The notes below the pieces were generated by a model. The model had not been told where the DNA came from, ran no database searches, and saw only the letters and a list, made by a program, of their open reading frames with translations. The position numbers and the translations under genes were made by a program. Of a stretch of DNA of 64,000 nt, positions 48,843-58,566 are shown in pieces (position 1 is the first letter of the stretch; the number at the start of each line of letters is the position of its first letter). This stretch comes from Candidatus Latescibacterota bacterium. Its GTDB lineage: Bacteria > Latescibacterota > UBA2968 > UBA8231. Location of the stretch: contig OZ242318.1 of NCBI GenBank assembly GCA_965208105.1, forward strand, positions 864,001 to 928,000. The letters run 5' to 3'.

Positions 48843-50174
48843 ATGACTACCCTCGAAGAAAGATATCGCCAGCGCAACCCGCGTTCACTGGAGCTCTACG
48901 AGCGCCATCGCTCCACAACTCCCGGAGGTGTCGCGAAGGGAGCGTACTACTACAATCCCTTCCCTCTCACCATGGAACGGGGCGAAGGCTGCTACCTGTG
49001 GGATGTGGATGGGCACCGCTACGTGGACTTCGCCAACCACCACACCGGGCAGGTTTTGGGCAACAACCACCCGGCGGTGGTCGAAGCGGTCAAGCAGCAG
49101 ATGGAACGGGGAATCGCGGTGGGGGCCCCCATGGGGGTCGAGAAGGAACTGTGCGCGGAGATGTGCAGGAGGGTGAAGACCATAGAGCGGGTCCGCTTTT
49201 GCAACTCCGGCACCGAAGCTACCTTGCACGCTGTGCGCCTGGCACGCGGGTTCAGCGGCCGCCCCAAGATCGCCAAATTCGAGGGGTGCTATCACGGCAG
49301 CCACGATGCCGTGGAAATCAGCGTTGCCCCTCCCCTGGACCAGGCTGGTCCCGCGGAGGAGCCCGTGGCCGTGGTTCAGACGGGTGGGATATCTCCGCAC
49401 GCGGTGGAGGAGATTGTCATCCTTCCCCTCAACGACATCGACAACACCGAAAGGCTCGTTGCCAGGCACCGGGACGAGCTTGCCTGCGTCCTCCTCGAGC
49501 CCAAGGCCGGCATCCTGGACATCCCCGGGGAATTCATCCAGGCCGTGCGCGAAATCACCCGCAAGAACGATGTGCTCCTGATCTTCGACGAAATCGTCGC
49601 CTTCCGGGTGGGAATGGGGGGAGCCCAGGAGTACTACGGCATCGACCCCGACCTGACCGCCTTCGGCAAAATCGTAGGCGGAGGGTTTTCGGTGGGGGCC
49701 TTCGGTGGACGCGCGGATCTGATGGACTTGTTCGACCCCACCGCGGGCAAGGGCATGGGCCAGAGCGGCACCTTCAGCGCCCATCCCCTGACCATGGCTG
49801 CGGGACTGGCCATGCTCAGGGAACTTACCCCCGAGGCCTACGATCATCTCAATGGATTGGGTGACCGGCTGAGCGGCGGGCTGAACGAGATGTTCAAGCG
49901 CAACGGCATTGACGCCGTAGCGCACAATAACGGATCGGTATTCAGCGTCTATTTTACCAGTAATGGCAAGCCCAGGAGCTTTCGGGACTTGGCCGGGGTC
50001 GACAAGTCAATGGCTCTTCCGGTCTTCCACGCCCTCCTGGAGCAGGGATATTTCCTGGGATTCGGACTGGGGATGTGCGCCGTTTCTCTGCCGACCGAGG
50101 CCAGACATGTCGACGGCCTCGTAAATGCCTTTGAAACCGCCGTCGAAGTGGTCAGATCTGAGCAGGGCAACTGA
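48843..50174 (+). CDS. Class III aminotransferase (glutamate-1-semialdehyde aminomutase-like)
   Basis: WDVDGHRYVD, NSGTEA, FEGCYHG, LIFDEI, FGKIVGGG, GTFSAHP. Confidence 0.9.
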   Translation: MTTLEERYRQRNPRSLELYERHRSTTPGGVAKGAYYYNPFPLTMERGEGCYLWDVDGHRYVDFANHHTGQVLGNNHPAVVEAVKQQMERGIAVGAPMGVEKELCAEMCRRVKTIERVRFCNSGTEATLHAVRLARGFSGRPKIAKFEGCYHGSHDAVEISVAPPLDQAGPAEEPVAVVQTGGISPHAVEEIVILPLNDIDNTERLVARHRDELACVLLEPKAGILDIPGEFIQAVREITRKNDVLLIFDEIVAFRVGMGGAQEYYGIDPDLTAFGKIVGGGFSVGAFGGRADLMDLFDPTAGKGMGQSGTFSAHPLTMAAGLAMLRELTPEAYDHLNGLGDRLSGGLNEMFKRNGIDAVAHNNGSVFSVYFTSNGKPRSFRDLAGVDKSMALPVFHALLEQGYFLGFGLGMCAVSLPTEARHVDGLVNAFETAVEVVRSEQGN

Positions 50175-50287
50175 TTCGGCCTGAAAACCCAGGGCCCGAC
50201 CTCCCTGGGCGGAGAATCGGGCTCGAGCGCGGAGCTGTACCGGGGATGGGCACAGCTCCGCCGTGGGGAAAAAAGAACAACTCTTCT

Positions 50288-51388
50288 CTACCTCTCGACC
50301 AGATCGGCTCCTTCCTCTTTGGCAGCGGCAGCGGCAACGCCATTGCCATCGATCGCCATATTGAACATCTCGCGCAATTCGCCTTCGATCCTGCCCGCCA
50401 ATTCAGTGTTTGCGCGCAAAAATCCCCTTGCGTTCTCACGTCCCTGACCCAAACGTTCGCCGCCGTAGGAGAACCAGGTCCCGCTCTTCTTTATGATCTG
50501 GTTCCCGACGCCGAGATCCAACAGATCGCCCTCCCTGGAGATACCCACATCGTCTCCGTGGAACATTATGTCGAACTCGGCCTGCTTGAAGGGTGGCGCC
50601 ACCTTGTTCTTGACCACCTTGATGCGGGTGCGGCGGCCGATGATCTCGTCGCCGTCCTTGATGGCGCCGATACTGCGGATATCCAGGCGGACTGAAGAGT
50701 AGAAGCACAGGGCCCGCCCGCCCGTGGTGGTCTCGGGGTTGCCGAACATCACACCGATTTTCATGCGCAGCTGGTTTATGAAGAGCACGGTGGTTCCCGA
50801 TTTCTGCGCCGAGCCGGTGAGCTTGCGCAGGGCCTGGGACATGAGGCGGGCTTGAAGACCCATGTGCGAGTCCCCCATGTCTCCCTCGAGTTCCGCCCGG
50901 GGGACGAGGGCGGCTACCGAATCCACCACGATGACGTCAATCGCACCGCTGCGCACCAGGGTGTCTGCGATCTCGAGCGCCTCCTCTCCCGAGTTGGGCT
51001 GGGCTACGAGAAGATTGTCTACATCCACTCCCAGTTTTTGCGCGAATCCCACGTCCAGGGCATGCTCGGCGTCGATGAAGGCGGCAACCCCTCCCCGCTT
51101 TTGGGCCTCGGCCACTATGTGCAAGGCGCACATGGTCTTGCCGGCGGCCTCCGGACCGAACAGCTCGATGATCCGGCCGCGGGGAATGCCGCCGATTCCC
51201 AGGGCCGTATCCAGGGACAATGAGCCGGTGGGAATGACCTCGATATCGACCGCCGGGGATTCGCCCAGGCGCATGATCGCACCTTTGCCGAACTGACGTT
51301 CGATCTGGCTCAAGGCCATCTTCATGGCATCGTCTTTATTGCCTTTTCTGGATTTGTCGGGGGTCTCGCGAATTCCACTGCTTACCAT
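50288..51388 (-). CDS. recA: Recombinase RecA
   Basis: [53 protein letters not shown]. Confidence 0.98.
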   Translation of the reverse strand: MVSSGIRETPDKSRKGNKDDAMKMALSQIERQFGKGAIMRLGESPAVDIEVIPTGSLSLDTALGIGGIPRGRIIELFGPEAAGKTMCALHIVAEAQKRGGVAAFIDAEHALDVGFAQKLGVDVDNLLVAQPNSGEEALEIADTLVRSGAIDVIVVDSVAALVPRAELEGDMGDSHMGLQARLMSQALRKLTGSAQKSGTTVLFINQLRMKIGVMFGNPETTTGGRALCFYSSVRLDIRSIGAIKDGDEIIGRRTRIKVVKNKVAPPFKQAEFDIMFHGDDVGISREGDLLDLGVGNQIIKKSGTWFSYGGERLGQGRENARGFLRANTELAGRIEGELREMFNMAIDGNGVAAAAAKEEGADLVER

Positions 51389-51432
51389 GATTTCCTCCTG
51401 TGCTATGACTGAACAAACATGAACTAAACAAA

Positions 51433-51461
51433 AAAATAGTGCCTTTTTGAGTATATGTCAA
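51433..51461 (-). promoter_or_regulatory. recA proximal sigma70 promoter
   Basis: TTGACA (51461-51456), 17 bp, TATTTT (51438-51433). Confidence 0.6.
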
Positions 51462-51591
51462 GCGATTTTTCGACTCCGCCGGTTCCATGGCGTCACACTG
51501 CCTTGCAAGGACCCATCAAATCTGGTGCCAGGGCTCCAAACCCGAGGCCCATCGCCTGGGTCTATTCCATTATTTACAGATAGTTAGTAAA

Positions 51592-51600
51592 ATTATACCA
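51592..51600 (-). promoter_or_regulatory. Extended -10 element, possible distal recA promoter
   Basis: TGGTATAAT (TGnTATAAT) in an AT-rich patch. Confidence 0.45.
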
Positions 51601-51827
51601 CACTGCGCCGAGACCACCTTTAGGAATCCTCGAAAGCTCAGATGTGGCTCAGAGGTTACACGAGTGCTCAGCGTGGGGGCGATGGGAAGGTCTGAACGAC
51701 GCAGTGAATACCTGCAACAGGCGGTCGGGGAGGCTCGGCCGCCGCGCCCGGAGGAACCGGTCCATGGCGGCGGATGGGAAGGAGAAATGCGGAATGGGAT
51801 GAGCGCCGCGGCATGCCCGGGGGCGGA

Positions 51828-53198
51828 TCAAGCGTCACCAAAGGCCAGGTCGCGCGCCGCCTCCAACCCGTCGATACCGACCACTTCCACACCTTCGGGC
51901 CACCTGCCGCCCTTGAGGTTGCCGTGCGCAACGAGGCAGCGCTCGAATCCCAGGTTGGCAGCCTCGGCCACCCTGCGCTCAATCTGGTTGACCGGCCTGA
52001 TCTCCCCTCCCAGGCCCATTTCGCCGATGGCGACGGTCCTGGCATCCAGGGAACGATTGAGGAAGCTGGAGATGATGGCCAGGGCCAACCCCAGATCCGC
52101 CGCCGGCTCCTCCAGGCGGATGCCGCCGACGACATTGACGAAAATATCCTCGGAGGAAAGGTCGTAACCTCCCCGTTTTTCCAGCACCGCGATGATAATG
52201 GCCAGGCGCCTGGAATCCAGGCCCGTGGCCACCCGCTGGGGATACCCGAAGCTCGAACGACTCACCAGGGCCTGGAGTTCGACCATAAGGGGACGAGTGC
52301 CTTCCATGGTGCATACTATGGCCGACCCGGAGACGTTTTCCGCCCGCTCCGAGAGCAGAATCTCGGAGGGATTGCCCACCTCGGTCAGGCCGTGGTCGCA
52401 CATCTCGAAGATGCCGATCTCGTTGGTGGAGCCGAAGCGGTTCTTGGCGGCGCGCAGAATGCGGAAGTGATGGTGGCGCTCGCCCTCGAGATAGAGGACG
52501 GTATCCACCAGGTGTTCGAGGACGCGGGGTCCGGCCACGGTCCCCTCCTTGGTGACGTGTCCCACAAGGAAGGTGGGCATACCGATATCCTTGGCCAAGT
52601 GGACGAGGCGGGCGGCGCAGTCGCGCACCTGGGTCACACTGCCGGGCGCGCTTTCCAGCTCCGGGTGGAAGATGGTCTGGACCGAATCCACGACAGCGGC
52701 CATGGGCTCAGCCCGGCGCAACTGTTCGAGAATGGAGGCGAGATTGGTTTCGGTGAGCACCAGCAGCTCGTCCACAAGCCCGTTGATGCGCGCCGCCCGC
52801 AGGTGGATCTGGGCGCCGGACTCCTCGGCCGAAACGTATGCGACCTTCAAGCCCGACCGGGCCAGTTGACTTGCCATCTGCAGCAGCAGGGTGGACTTGC
52901 CTATTCCGGGATCGCCTCCTACCAGTACCGCCGATCCTGCCATGATTCCCCCACCCAGAACCCGGTCGAATTCCGCCATCCCGATCAGCATCCGCTCCCT
53001 GTCACGGCCCTGCACCTGGGTGACCGGCTTGAGCACCCCCGGCCGCCCCGGCTGCCGCCCTCGCCCCTGGTCCACCAGCTCCAACCGCTCCTCGACGCAG
53101 GAATTCCACTCGCCGCATCCGGGACAGCGCCCGAACCAGCGCGGCGCGGCATGGCCACATGCCTGGCAGGCGTATCGAGTCCGCGCCTTTCTAGCCAT
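51828..53198 (-). CDS. radA: DNA repair protein RadA/Sms
   Basis: CQACG..W.GRCPGC zinc finger, GDPGIGKST, KNRFG. Confidence 0.97.
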   Translation of the reverse strand: MARKARTRYACQACGHAAPRWFGRCPGCGEWNSCVEERLELVDQGRGRQPGRPGVLKPVTQVQGRDRERMLIGMAEFDRVLGGGIMAGSAVLVGGDPGIGKSTLLLQMASQLARSGLKVAYVSAEESGAQIHLRAARINGLVDELLVLTETNLASILEQLRRAEPMAAVVDSVQTIFHPELESAPGSVTQVRDCAARLVHLAKDIGMPTFLVGHVTKEGTVAGPRVLEHLVDTVLYLEGERHHHFRILRAAKNRFGSTNEIGIFEMCDHGLTEVGNPSEILLSERAENVSGSAIVCTMEGTRPLMVELQALVSRSSFGYPQRVATGLDSRRLAIIIAVLEKRGGYDLSSEDIFVNVVGGIRLEEPAADLGLALAIISSFLNRSLDARTVAIGEMGLGGEIRPVNQIERRVAEAANLGFERCLVAHGNLKGGRWPEGVEVVGIDGLEAARDLAFGDA

Positions 53199-54096
53199 TG
53201 CCGCCGGCCCTGGAGATGGCCCCCGCGGCTCGTCCGACAAGGACCCGGGGAGTATGGCTCAAATCCGCGCGGGTTTCAACGGTCTCGAACAGAGATGAAG
53301 ACTCCAGAAGTCCTCCAACGGCCTCGGCCTGGCCGTCCCCGACCTCGAGGACCATGAACCCGCCCGGTCGCAGAAAATCAGCGGCTTGCTCCACTATGCG
53401 GCGGAAATATTGCAACCCATCGCTTCCGCCGTCGAGGGCCAGCCGCGGCTCGTGGTCGCGTACCTCGGGAAGAAGACCGGCGATATCCCCGCTGCACACA
53501 TAGGGAGGATTGCTGGCGATTACATCGAAAATCTGCGACCCCGGCATTCCATTCAGCGCCTCGAAAAGATCGCCGCAAAGGATATCCAGGCGGCCGCTCA
53601 CCCCGTTGCGCTCGGCGTTCCGCCGCGTTGTTTCAACCGCCTCCGGCGAGATATCCACGGCCACCAGATGCGCCTCGGGGCATTCGTGGGCCAGGGCAAC
53701 GGCAATGGCCCCGCAGCCACAACCCAGGTCCAGGATGCGGGGCTCGTCAAGCCGGACCACCAGCTCGAGGACTGCCTCGACCACGATCTCCGTCTCGGGC
53801 CTCGGGATGAATACCGACCTGGACAGAGCGAAAATCAGATGGCGGAACCCGGCCTCGCCGGTAATGTACTGAACGGGAACTCCCTGAAGGCGCTGCCTTA
53901 CGGAGTCGCGGTAGGAATCCACCTCGGCCTTGTCCAACGCCCTCTCGAACTGCAGGTAGAGGTCGAGCCGGCGCAAGCCGAGGACCGCCGCCAACAGGAG
54001 CTCGGCCTGCAGGCGCGCATTTTCCATTCCTCTGGACATAAAAAAGCTGCTCGTCCGGTTGAGGAGGTCGAGCAGCTTCCAGCCCCCACTCTTCAT
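53191..54096 (-). CDS. prmC: Release factor glutamine methyltransferase
   Basis: FIPRPETE, LDLGCGCG, SNPPY, HEPRLALDGG. Confidence 0.95.
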   Translation of the reverse strand: MKSGGWKLLDLLNRTSSFFMSRGMENARLQAELLLAAVLGLRRLDLYLQFERALDKAEVDSYRDSVRQRLQGVPVQYITGEAGFRHLIFALSRSVFIPRPETEIVVEAVLELVVRLDEPRILDLGCGCGAIAVALAHECPEAHLVAVDISPEAVETTRRNAERNGVSGRLDILCGDLFEALNGMPGSQIFDVIASNPPYVCSGDIAGLLPEVRDHEPRLALDGGSDGLQYFRRIVEQAADFLRPGGFMVLEVGDGQAEAVGGLLESSSLFETVETRADLSHTPRVLVGRAAGAISRAGGNG

Positions 54097-55205
54097 TTGT
54101 TGCTCTGTCCGGCTACCCCCTTCAGCGCGTCCTCCTGTGCCGCCTGGACCAACCGCCGGACGAACTCCTCGATGTCCCCGTCCAGGACCTCGTCGAGACG
54201 ATACAGGGTGAGGTTGATGCGGTGGTCGGTAACGCGTCCATCGGGAAAGTTGTATGTCCGGATCTTGGCGCTGCGGTCCCCCGTGCCGATCTGCTGCCGC
54301 CGGTCCTGTGAAATCTTCTCCTGCTGTTCGGCGCGATACAGGTCCAGCAGGCGCGCCCGCAGTACCTTGAGCGCCTTGTTCTTGTTCTTCAACTGCGACT
54401 TCTCGTCCTGGCAGGAAACCACCAGTCCCGTCGGCAGATGGGTTACGCGCACGGCCGAATCGGTAGTGTTGACGCTTTGGCCTCCCGGCCCGCTGGAACG
54501 GTAGACATCGATCTGCAGATCTCCCGGCTCAATCTCCACGTCGACTTCCTCGGCCTCCGGCAGCACGGCCACCGAAGCCGCAGAGGTATGGATGCGCCCG
54601 CTCGACTCCGTCTTGGGCACCCGCTGCACTCGATGAACCCCGCTTTCGAACTTGAACTTGGCGAATACCTCCTTCCCCGCCACCATGAACACTATTTCCT
54701 TGAATCCCCCGGAGGGATTCAGGCTGGAGGCCAGGGGTTCGATCTTCCAGTTGTTGCGTTCGGCAAAACGGGAGTAGAGGCGGAAGAGATCGCTGGCGAA
54801 CAATCCCGCTTCATCGCCGCCGGCCCCCGCCCTGATCTCGACCATGGCATTGCGGCTGTCATTGGGGTCCTTGGGAATCAGCTCGAGCTTGATCCGGTCT
54901 TCCAGCCTGCGGATCTCCTCCCCGGCCTCCTCGGCTTCTGCCAGGGCCAGCTCCACGAGGTCGGCATCCTGCCCTTCCTCGATGATCTCCTCGGCTTCCT
55001 GCAGGCGATTTCTCACCCGGCGGTAGCGGCCCGACAGCTCCACGATATCGCGCAGGTCTCCCAGTTCCCTGGCCAGCTTCTGGAATTGCCGGGGATTGCG
55101 GCTGAACCCCGGGTCTGCCAATTGCGCGCTCAGGGCATCGAAGCGTTCCTCGAATTCTCGCAGTTGATCGAGCACGACGAGCTGTCTTCCATTCGGTCCG
55201 TACAT
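54093..55205 (-). CDS. prfA: Peptide chain release factor 1 (true start may be GTG ~55175)
   Basis: ESGVHRVQRVPKTE (PxT), GPGGQSVN, IRTYNFP; adjacent to prmC. Confidence 0.97.
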   Translation of the reverse strand: MYGPNGRQLVVLDQLREFEERFDALSAQLADPGFSRNPRQFQKLARELGDLRDIVELSGRYRRVRNRLQEAEEIIEEGQDADLVELALAEAEEAGEEIRRLEDRIKLELIPKDPNDSRNAMVEIRAGAGGDEAGLFASDLFRLYSRFAERNNWKIEPLASSLNPSGGFKEIVFMVAGKEVFAKFKFESGVHRVQRVPKTESSGRIHTSAASVAVLPEAEEVDVEIEPGDLQIDVYRSSGPGGQSVNTTDSAVRVTHLPTGLVVSCQDEKSQLKNKNKALKVLRARLLDLYRAEQQEKISQDRRQQIGTGDRSAKIRTYNFPDGRVTDHRINLTLYRLDEVLDGDIEEFVRRLVQAAQEDALKGVAGQSNK

Positions 55206-55274
55206 GAAAAAAGGCGATAAAACCGTTCCTGCAGGAAAGTGGTCCCATCGCCTTGAAGAGCGGAGTATCCGCGC

Positions 55275-55523
55275 CTAAGCCTCGGCGGTCTCCTGGCCTG
55301 CGGAGGGGGTGGCAGTGGCCGTCCCGCGCTGGTAACGGCGGTTGAACTGCTCGATCCTGCCTCCCCTGTCGGCTAGCATCTGCCGTTTTCCGGTGTAAAA
55401 TGGATGGCATACCGAACACACGTCCACGTGCATTTTGGCGACCGTGGAACGGAGCTCTACCACATTGCCGCACACGCAGGAGATAGTGGCTTCGACATAT
55501 TTGGGATGGATGCCGTCTTGCAA
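55275..55523 (-). CDS. rpmE: 50S ribosomal protein L31, Zn-binding form
   Basis: TTG start, [30 protein letters not shown]. Confidence 0.92.
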   Translation of the reverse strand: MQDGIHPKYVEATISCVCGNVVELRSTVAKMHVDVCSVCHPFYTGKRQMLADRGGRIEQFNRRYQRGTATATPSAGQETAEA

Positions 55524-55601
55524 GATCAAAACCTCTCTTGTCTCGGGGTCAATGCTGATGAATAAAATAGTCTCATCCGATGGGGATGGCAAGGATGGGA
55601 C

Positions 55602-56882
55602 TCATTCGTTCATGGCCTTGAGGAATTCCTCGTTGGTTTTGGTGCCGCGCATGCGCTCGAGCAGGAATTCCATGCCTTCGATAACGCCCATCTGGTTGAG
55701 GATCCGCCTCAGCACGTAGGATCGATTCAGCTCGAACTCCGAGAGCAGCAGCTCCTCCTTGCGGGTGCTGGTGGCAGTAACGTCGATGGAAGGAAAGACG
55801 CGGCGGTTGCTCAACCTGCGGTCGAGCTTGACCTCCATATTGCCCGTTCCCTTGAACTCCTCGAAGATGACCTCGTCCATGCGGCTTCCGGTTTCAACCA
55901 ATGCCGTTGCAATGATGGTCATGCTGCCGCCGTCCTCCACGTTGCGCGCCGCGGCGAAGAATTTGCGCGGCCACTGCAGGGCGGTGGAATCCACGCCGCC
56001 GGTGAGAATGCGGCCACTGTGCGGGGTCACGGTGTTGTAGGCCCGCGCCAGACGCGTGATGCTGTCCAGCAAGATAACGACATCGCGGCGGTGTTCTACC
56101 AGGCGGCGCGCTTTCTCGATGACCATTTCCGCCACCTGGACGTGGCGGGTAGCCGGCTCGTCAAAGGTGGAGCTGACCACTTCTCCGTCCACCGAGCGCA
56201 GCATGTCGGTGACCTCCTCCGGACGCTCGTCAATGAGCAGGACGATAAGGATGACCTCCGAATGGTTCTTGGTGATGCTGTTGGCGATCTTCTGGAGGAG
56301 CACCGTCTTTCCGGTGAAGGGAGGAGCCACGATGAGGCCCCGCTGCCCCTTGCCGATGGGAGAAAGCAAATCCAGGGTCCGCGTGGTCATGTCGCTGGGA
56401 TCGAATTCCAGCCGAAAGCGCTCGTCGGGGTGGAGGGCGGTCAAATTCTCGAAGATCGTCTTGTTCTTGGTTACCTCCGGGTCTTCGAAATTAATGGCTT
56501 CGACCCGCAGCAGGGCAAAGTACTTTTCGTCGTTCTTCGGCGGGCGGATCTGTCCCGAAATCGTATCGCCCGTTCTCAGGCTGAAACGCTTGATCTGGGA
56601 GTGGGAAACGTAGATGTCGTCGGGGCCCGGGAGATAGTTGTAGCTGGGAGAACGCAAAAATCCGAAGCCCTCTTCGAGAACCTCGAGCACCCCCTGGGCA
56701 AAGATCAAGCCACTCCGTTCAGTCTGGTGCTTCAGGATCGCAAAGATGAGCTCCTGCTTGCGCAGTGCAGTGTAGTTGAGGACCTCTTGCCTGCGGGCCA
56801 ACTCCTGCAGATCCATGATATTCATGCGCTGGAGTTCGACAATATTCATCTTCTGATTCTGACTCTTGCTTGCTACGGACAT
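55602..56882 (-). CDS. rho: Transcription termination factor Rho
   Basis: [52 protein letters not shown]. Confidence 0.98.
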   Translation of the reverse strand: MSVASKSQNQKMNIVELQRMNIMDLQELARRQEVLNYTALRKQELIFAILKHQTERSGLIFAQGVLEVLEEGFGFLRSPSYNYLPGPDDIYVSHSQIKRFSLRTGDTISGQIRPPKNDEKYFALLRVEAINFEDPEVTKNKTIFENLTALHPDERFRLEFDPSDMTTRTLDLLSPIGKGQRGLIVAPPFTGKTVLLQKIANSITKNHSEVILIVLLIDERPEEVTDMLRSVDGEVVSSTFDEPATRHVQVAEMVIEKARRLVEHRRDVVILLDSITRLARAYNTVTPHSGRILTGGVDSTALQWPRKFFAAARNVEDGGSMTIIATALVETGSRMDEVIFEEFKGTGNMEVKLDRRLSNRRVFPSIDVTATSTRKEELLLSEFELNRSYVLRRILNQMGVIEGMEFLLERMRGTKTNEEFLKAMNE

Positions 56883-57388
56883 CGCTCTCCTCGCGTCCAA
56901 TTTTAGGAGTGTTGGGACCCCGGACTCTGCCGGCGCCGGGTCAGCGCCAATGACGAGATAGCTCGGGGAAGGATTTATCGTTCCTTGTTTTCTCTATCTT
57001 TCGGGCGGCAATGCGAGACAATCCCCGGCCGCCCCGAGCCTGCGGACATTCTTCCTGGACAAGGCACTGCCAAGATTCAAGTGATTGAGGTCAGGGGGCT
57101 GCGAGTCCAGGGTAATCCCGAATACCAACTCGGCCACTTAATAGAATGTCAAAAGATTGTCAAAGGTAATGAAGCGATATGTTGCAGGAGGCTTTCTTTT
57201 TCGACGCAGGATCTGTAGGGACGTGGTGATGACGAGGTGAAGAATACGTTGAAGAGTCTTGAGGCCTTATTCTGAATTCAAAGCCGGCGGCATACCCGGC
57301 GCATGAATGTATCCCTGAACTTTAACCCGAAGTACTTTCCACTGTCTGATTATTGGGAAATGGGGCGCGGAAGTTTGAAGTGGGTCGA

Positions 57389-57417
57389 AAATTATAAAGA
57401 AAGTTCGGGTTTGTCAA
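57389..57417 (-). promoter_or_regulatory. Probable rho promoter about 500 nt upstream of the start codon
   Basis: TTGACA (57417-57412) with TAATTT at 17 bp or TATAAT at 15 bp. Confidence 0.5.
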
Positions 57418-57546
57418 GCTCTTTCCTCCAAGCACCAACCCGATCATCCAGCGACCGGCGAAATTCGCAGGCAATCCGGGATTGGTCGCTGGATAGTTGA
57501 GGGGTGAGGACCGACAGGCATTGACAACCCGGACCGCTCACAAAGA

Positions 57547-57580
57547 GAAACCCCCGCAGCCATAGCCGGCGAGGGTTTCC
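57547..57580 (-). terminator. Probable intrinsic terminator of the 57601..58332 gene
   Basis: GAAACCC..GC/GC..GGGTTTC stem followed by TCTTTGT on the minus strand. Confidence 0.5.
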
Positions 57581-57600
57581 ACTGAAAGATGTGCCGAGCC

Positions 57601-58332
57601 TTACAAGCCTTCGTATGCCCGCACCTCATCGGCGTTGACAATTGTTTTGTTGAAATCCTCTGCAAAAAGAAAGAAATCTTCGAAGTCAATCCTGCCATTC
57701 CGGTCAATGTCGAAAAGCAGGCTGTAGTCCGATTCACCATCTTCCGTGCCGAATCGCTCGGCAAAGAGGAAAAAGTCTTCGAAAGTGACTTGATTTCCAG
57801 CACGGCTGAACCATCCCAGTACGGGATTGCCCTCGGAGTCGAGGGGCACCACCCCGGAACCGAAGCCCGCGACGATAGCCCGCGCCTGGTCTTCGGGGGA
57901 TCCCTGCTCCACATCGAGGTCGGTCTCGTTGTCCTGGTCAAAGGGACGCACGGAATAGATATAAACGGTTCCCTCGGTTACATCGTCGTCCATATAGGTG
58001 GACACCCCCGCCCCAACCGTCGCTATCAATTCTTCAGAGCTTTCTCCCGCCTGACGATAGATGCGGTACCCCAGAACACCGCCGCGGGGGACCACCCTGC
58101 CGCCGAACGCGGAAAATGAGCGCGCATCGTCCGTGGACAGGGACCAGGTCAATGTGACACTCTCCCCCACCAATCCGGGAGTATCGGCGGCCTGCAGGTC
58201 TCCTATGGCCGCCGGGGGGATGTTGTCGCGTGCGGCCACCGCCTCCGAACCGGTCAACTGGGCATTGACTCCTCCGGCCAGAGTCATGGTGGCCAACAGG
58301 GCAAAAATCGGAATCCTACTCAACTTTTCCAT
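57601..58332 (-). CDS. Secreted FN3-like protein with dockerin-like EF-hand pair
   Basis: Signal peptide, VTLTWS, GYRIYR, YIYSVRPFD, VTFEDFFLFAERFG, DIDRNGRIDFEDFFLFAEDF; AGGAGG RBS. Confidence 0.8.
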   Translation of the reverse strand: MEKLSRIPIFALLATMTLAGGVNAQLTGSEAVAARDNIPPAAIGDLQAADTPGLVGESVTLTWSLSTDDARSFSAFGGRVVPRGGVLGYRIYRQAGESSEELIATVGAGVSTYMDDDVTEGTVYIYSVRPFDQDNETDLDVEQGSPEDQARAIVAGFGSGVVPLDSEGNPVLGWFSRAGNQVTFEDFFLFAERFGTEDGESDYSLLFDIDRNGRIDFEDFFLFAEDFNKTIVNADEVRAYEGL

Positions 58333-58566
58333 ACGAGTTTACCTCCTCCTGCACGCAAGGACGATATTTGGACGATTTTTCAAATTCCCTGATTCCAAAT
58401 CCGGTCGATGGATAATTTACGTCGCGCCCCATTCGAGGTCAAGGGAATTCTGGCCGGATTTCCCCGCGCTCCGGTCCTTGACCGGCCCGGCGCGGAAGAA
58501 TATCTTTGGAGCCCTTTCAAACAGGCCTCTTTCCAGGCTGGATGGAGGCGAAATTCCCCCCGCCCA

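Noticed and set aside
48843-50174. Calling the aminotransferase hemL
   Set aside because: N-terminus (GGVAKG) departs from canonical HemL GGVNSPVR and no tetrapyrrole genes are adjacent
51130-51160. RecA Walker A reads GPEAAGKTM rather than GPESSGKTT
   Set aside because: The GKT core is intact; within plausible natural variation
57010-57030. AATGCGAGACAATCCCC similar to 3348-3365
   Set aside because: Only one palindrome arm is present and the contexts are unrelated; likely chance
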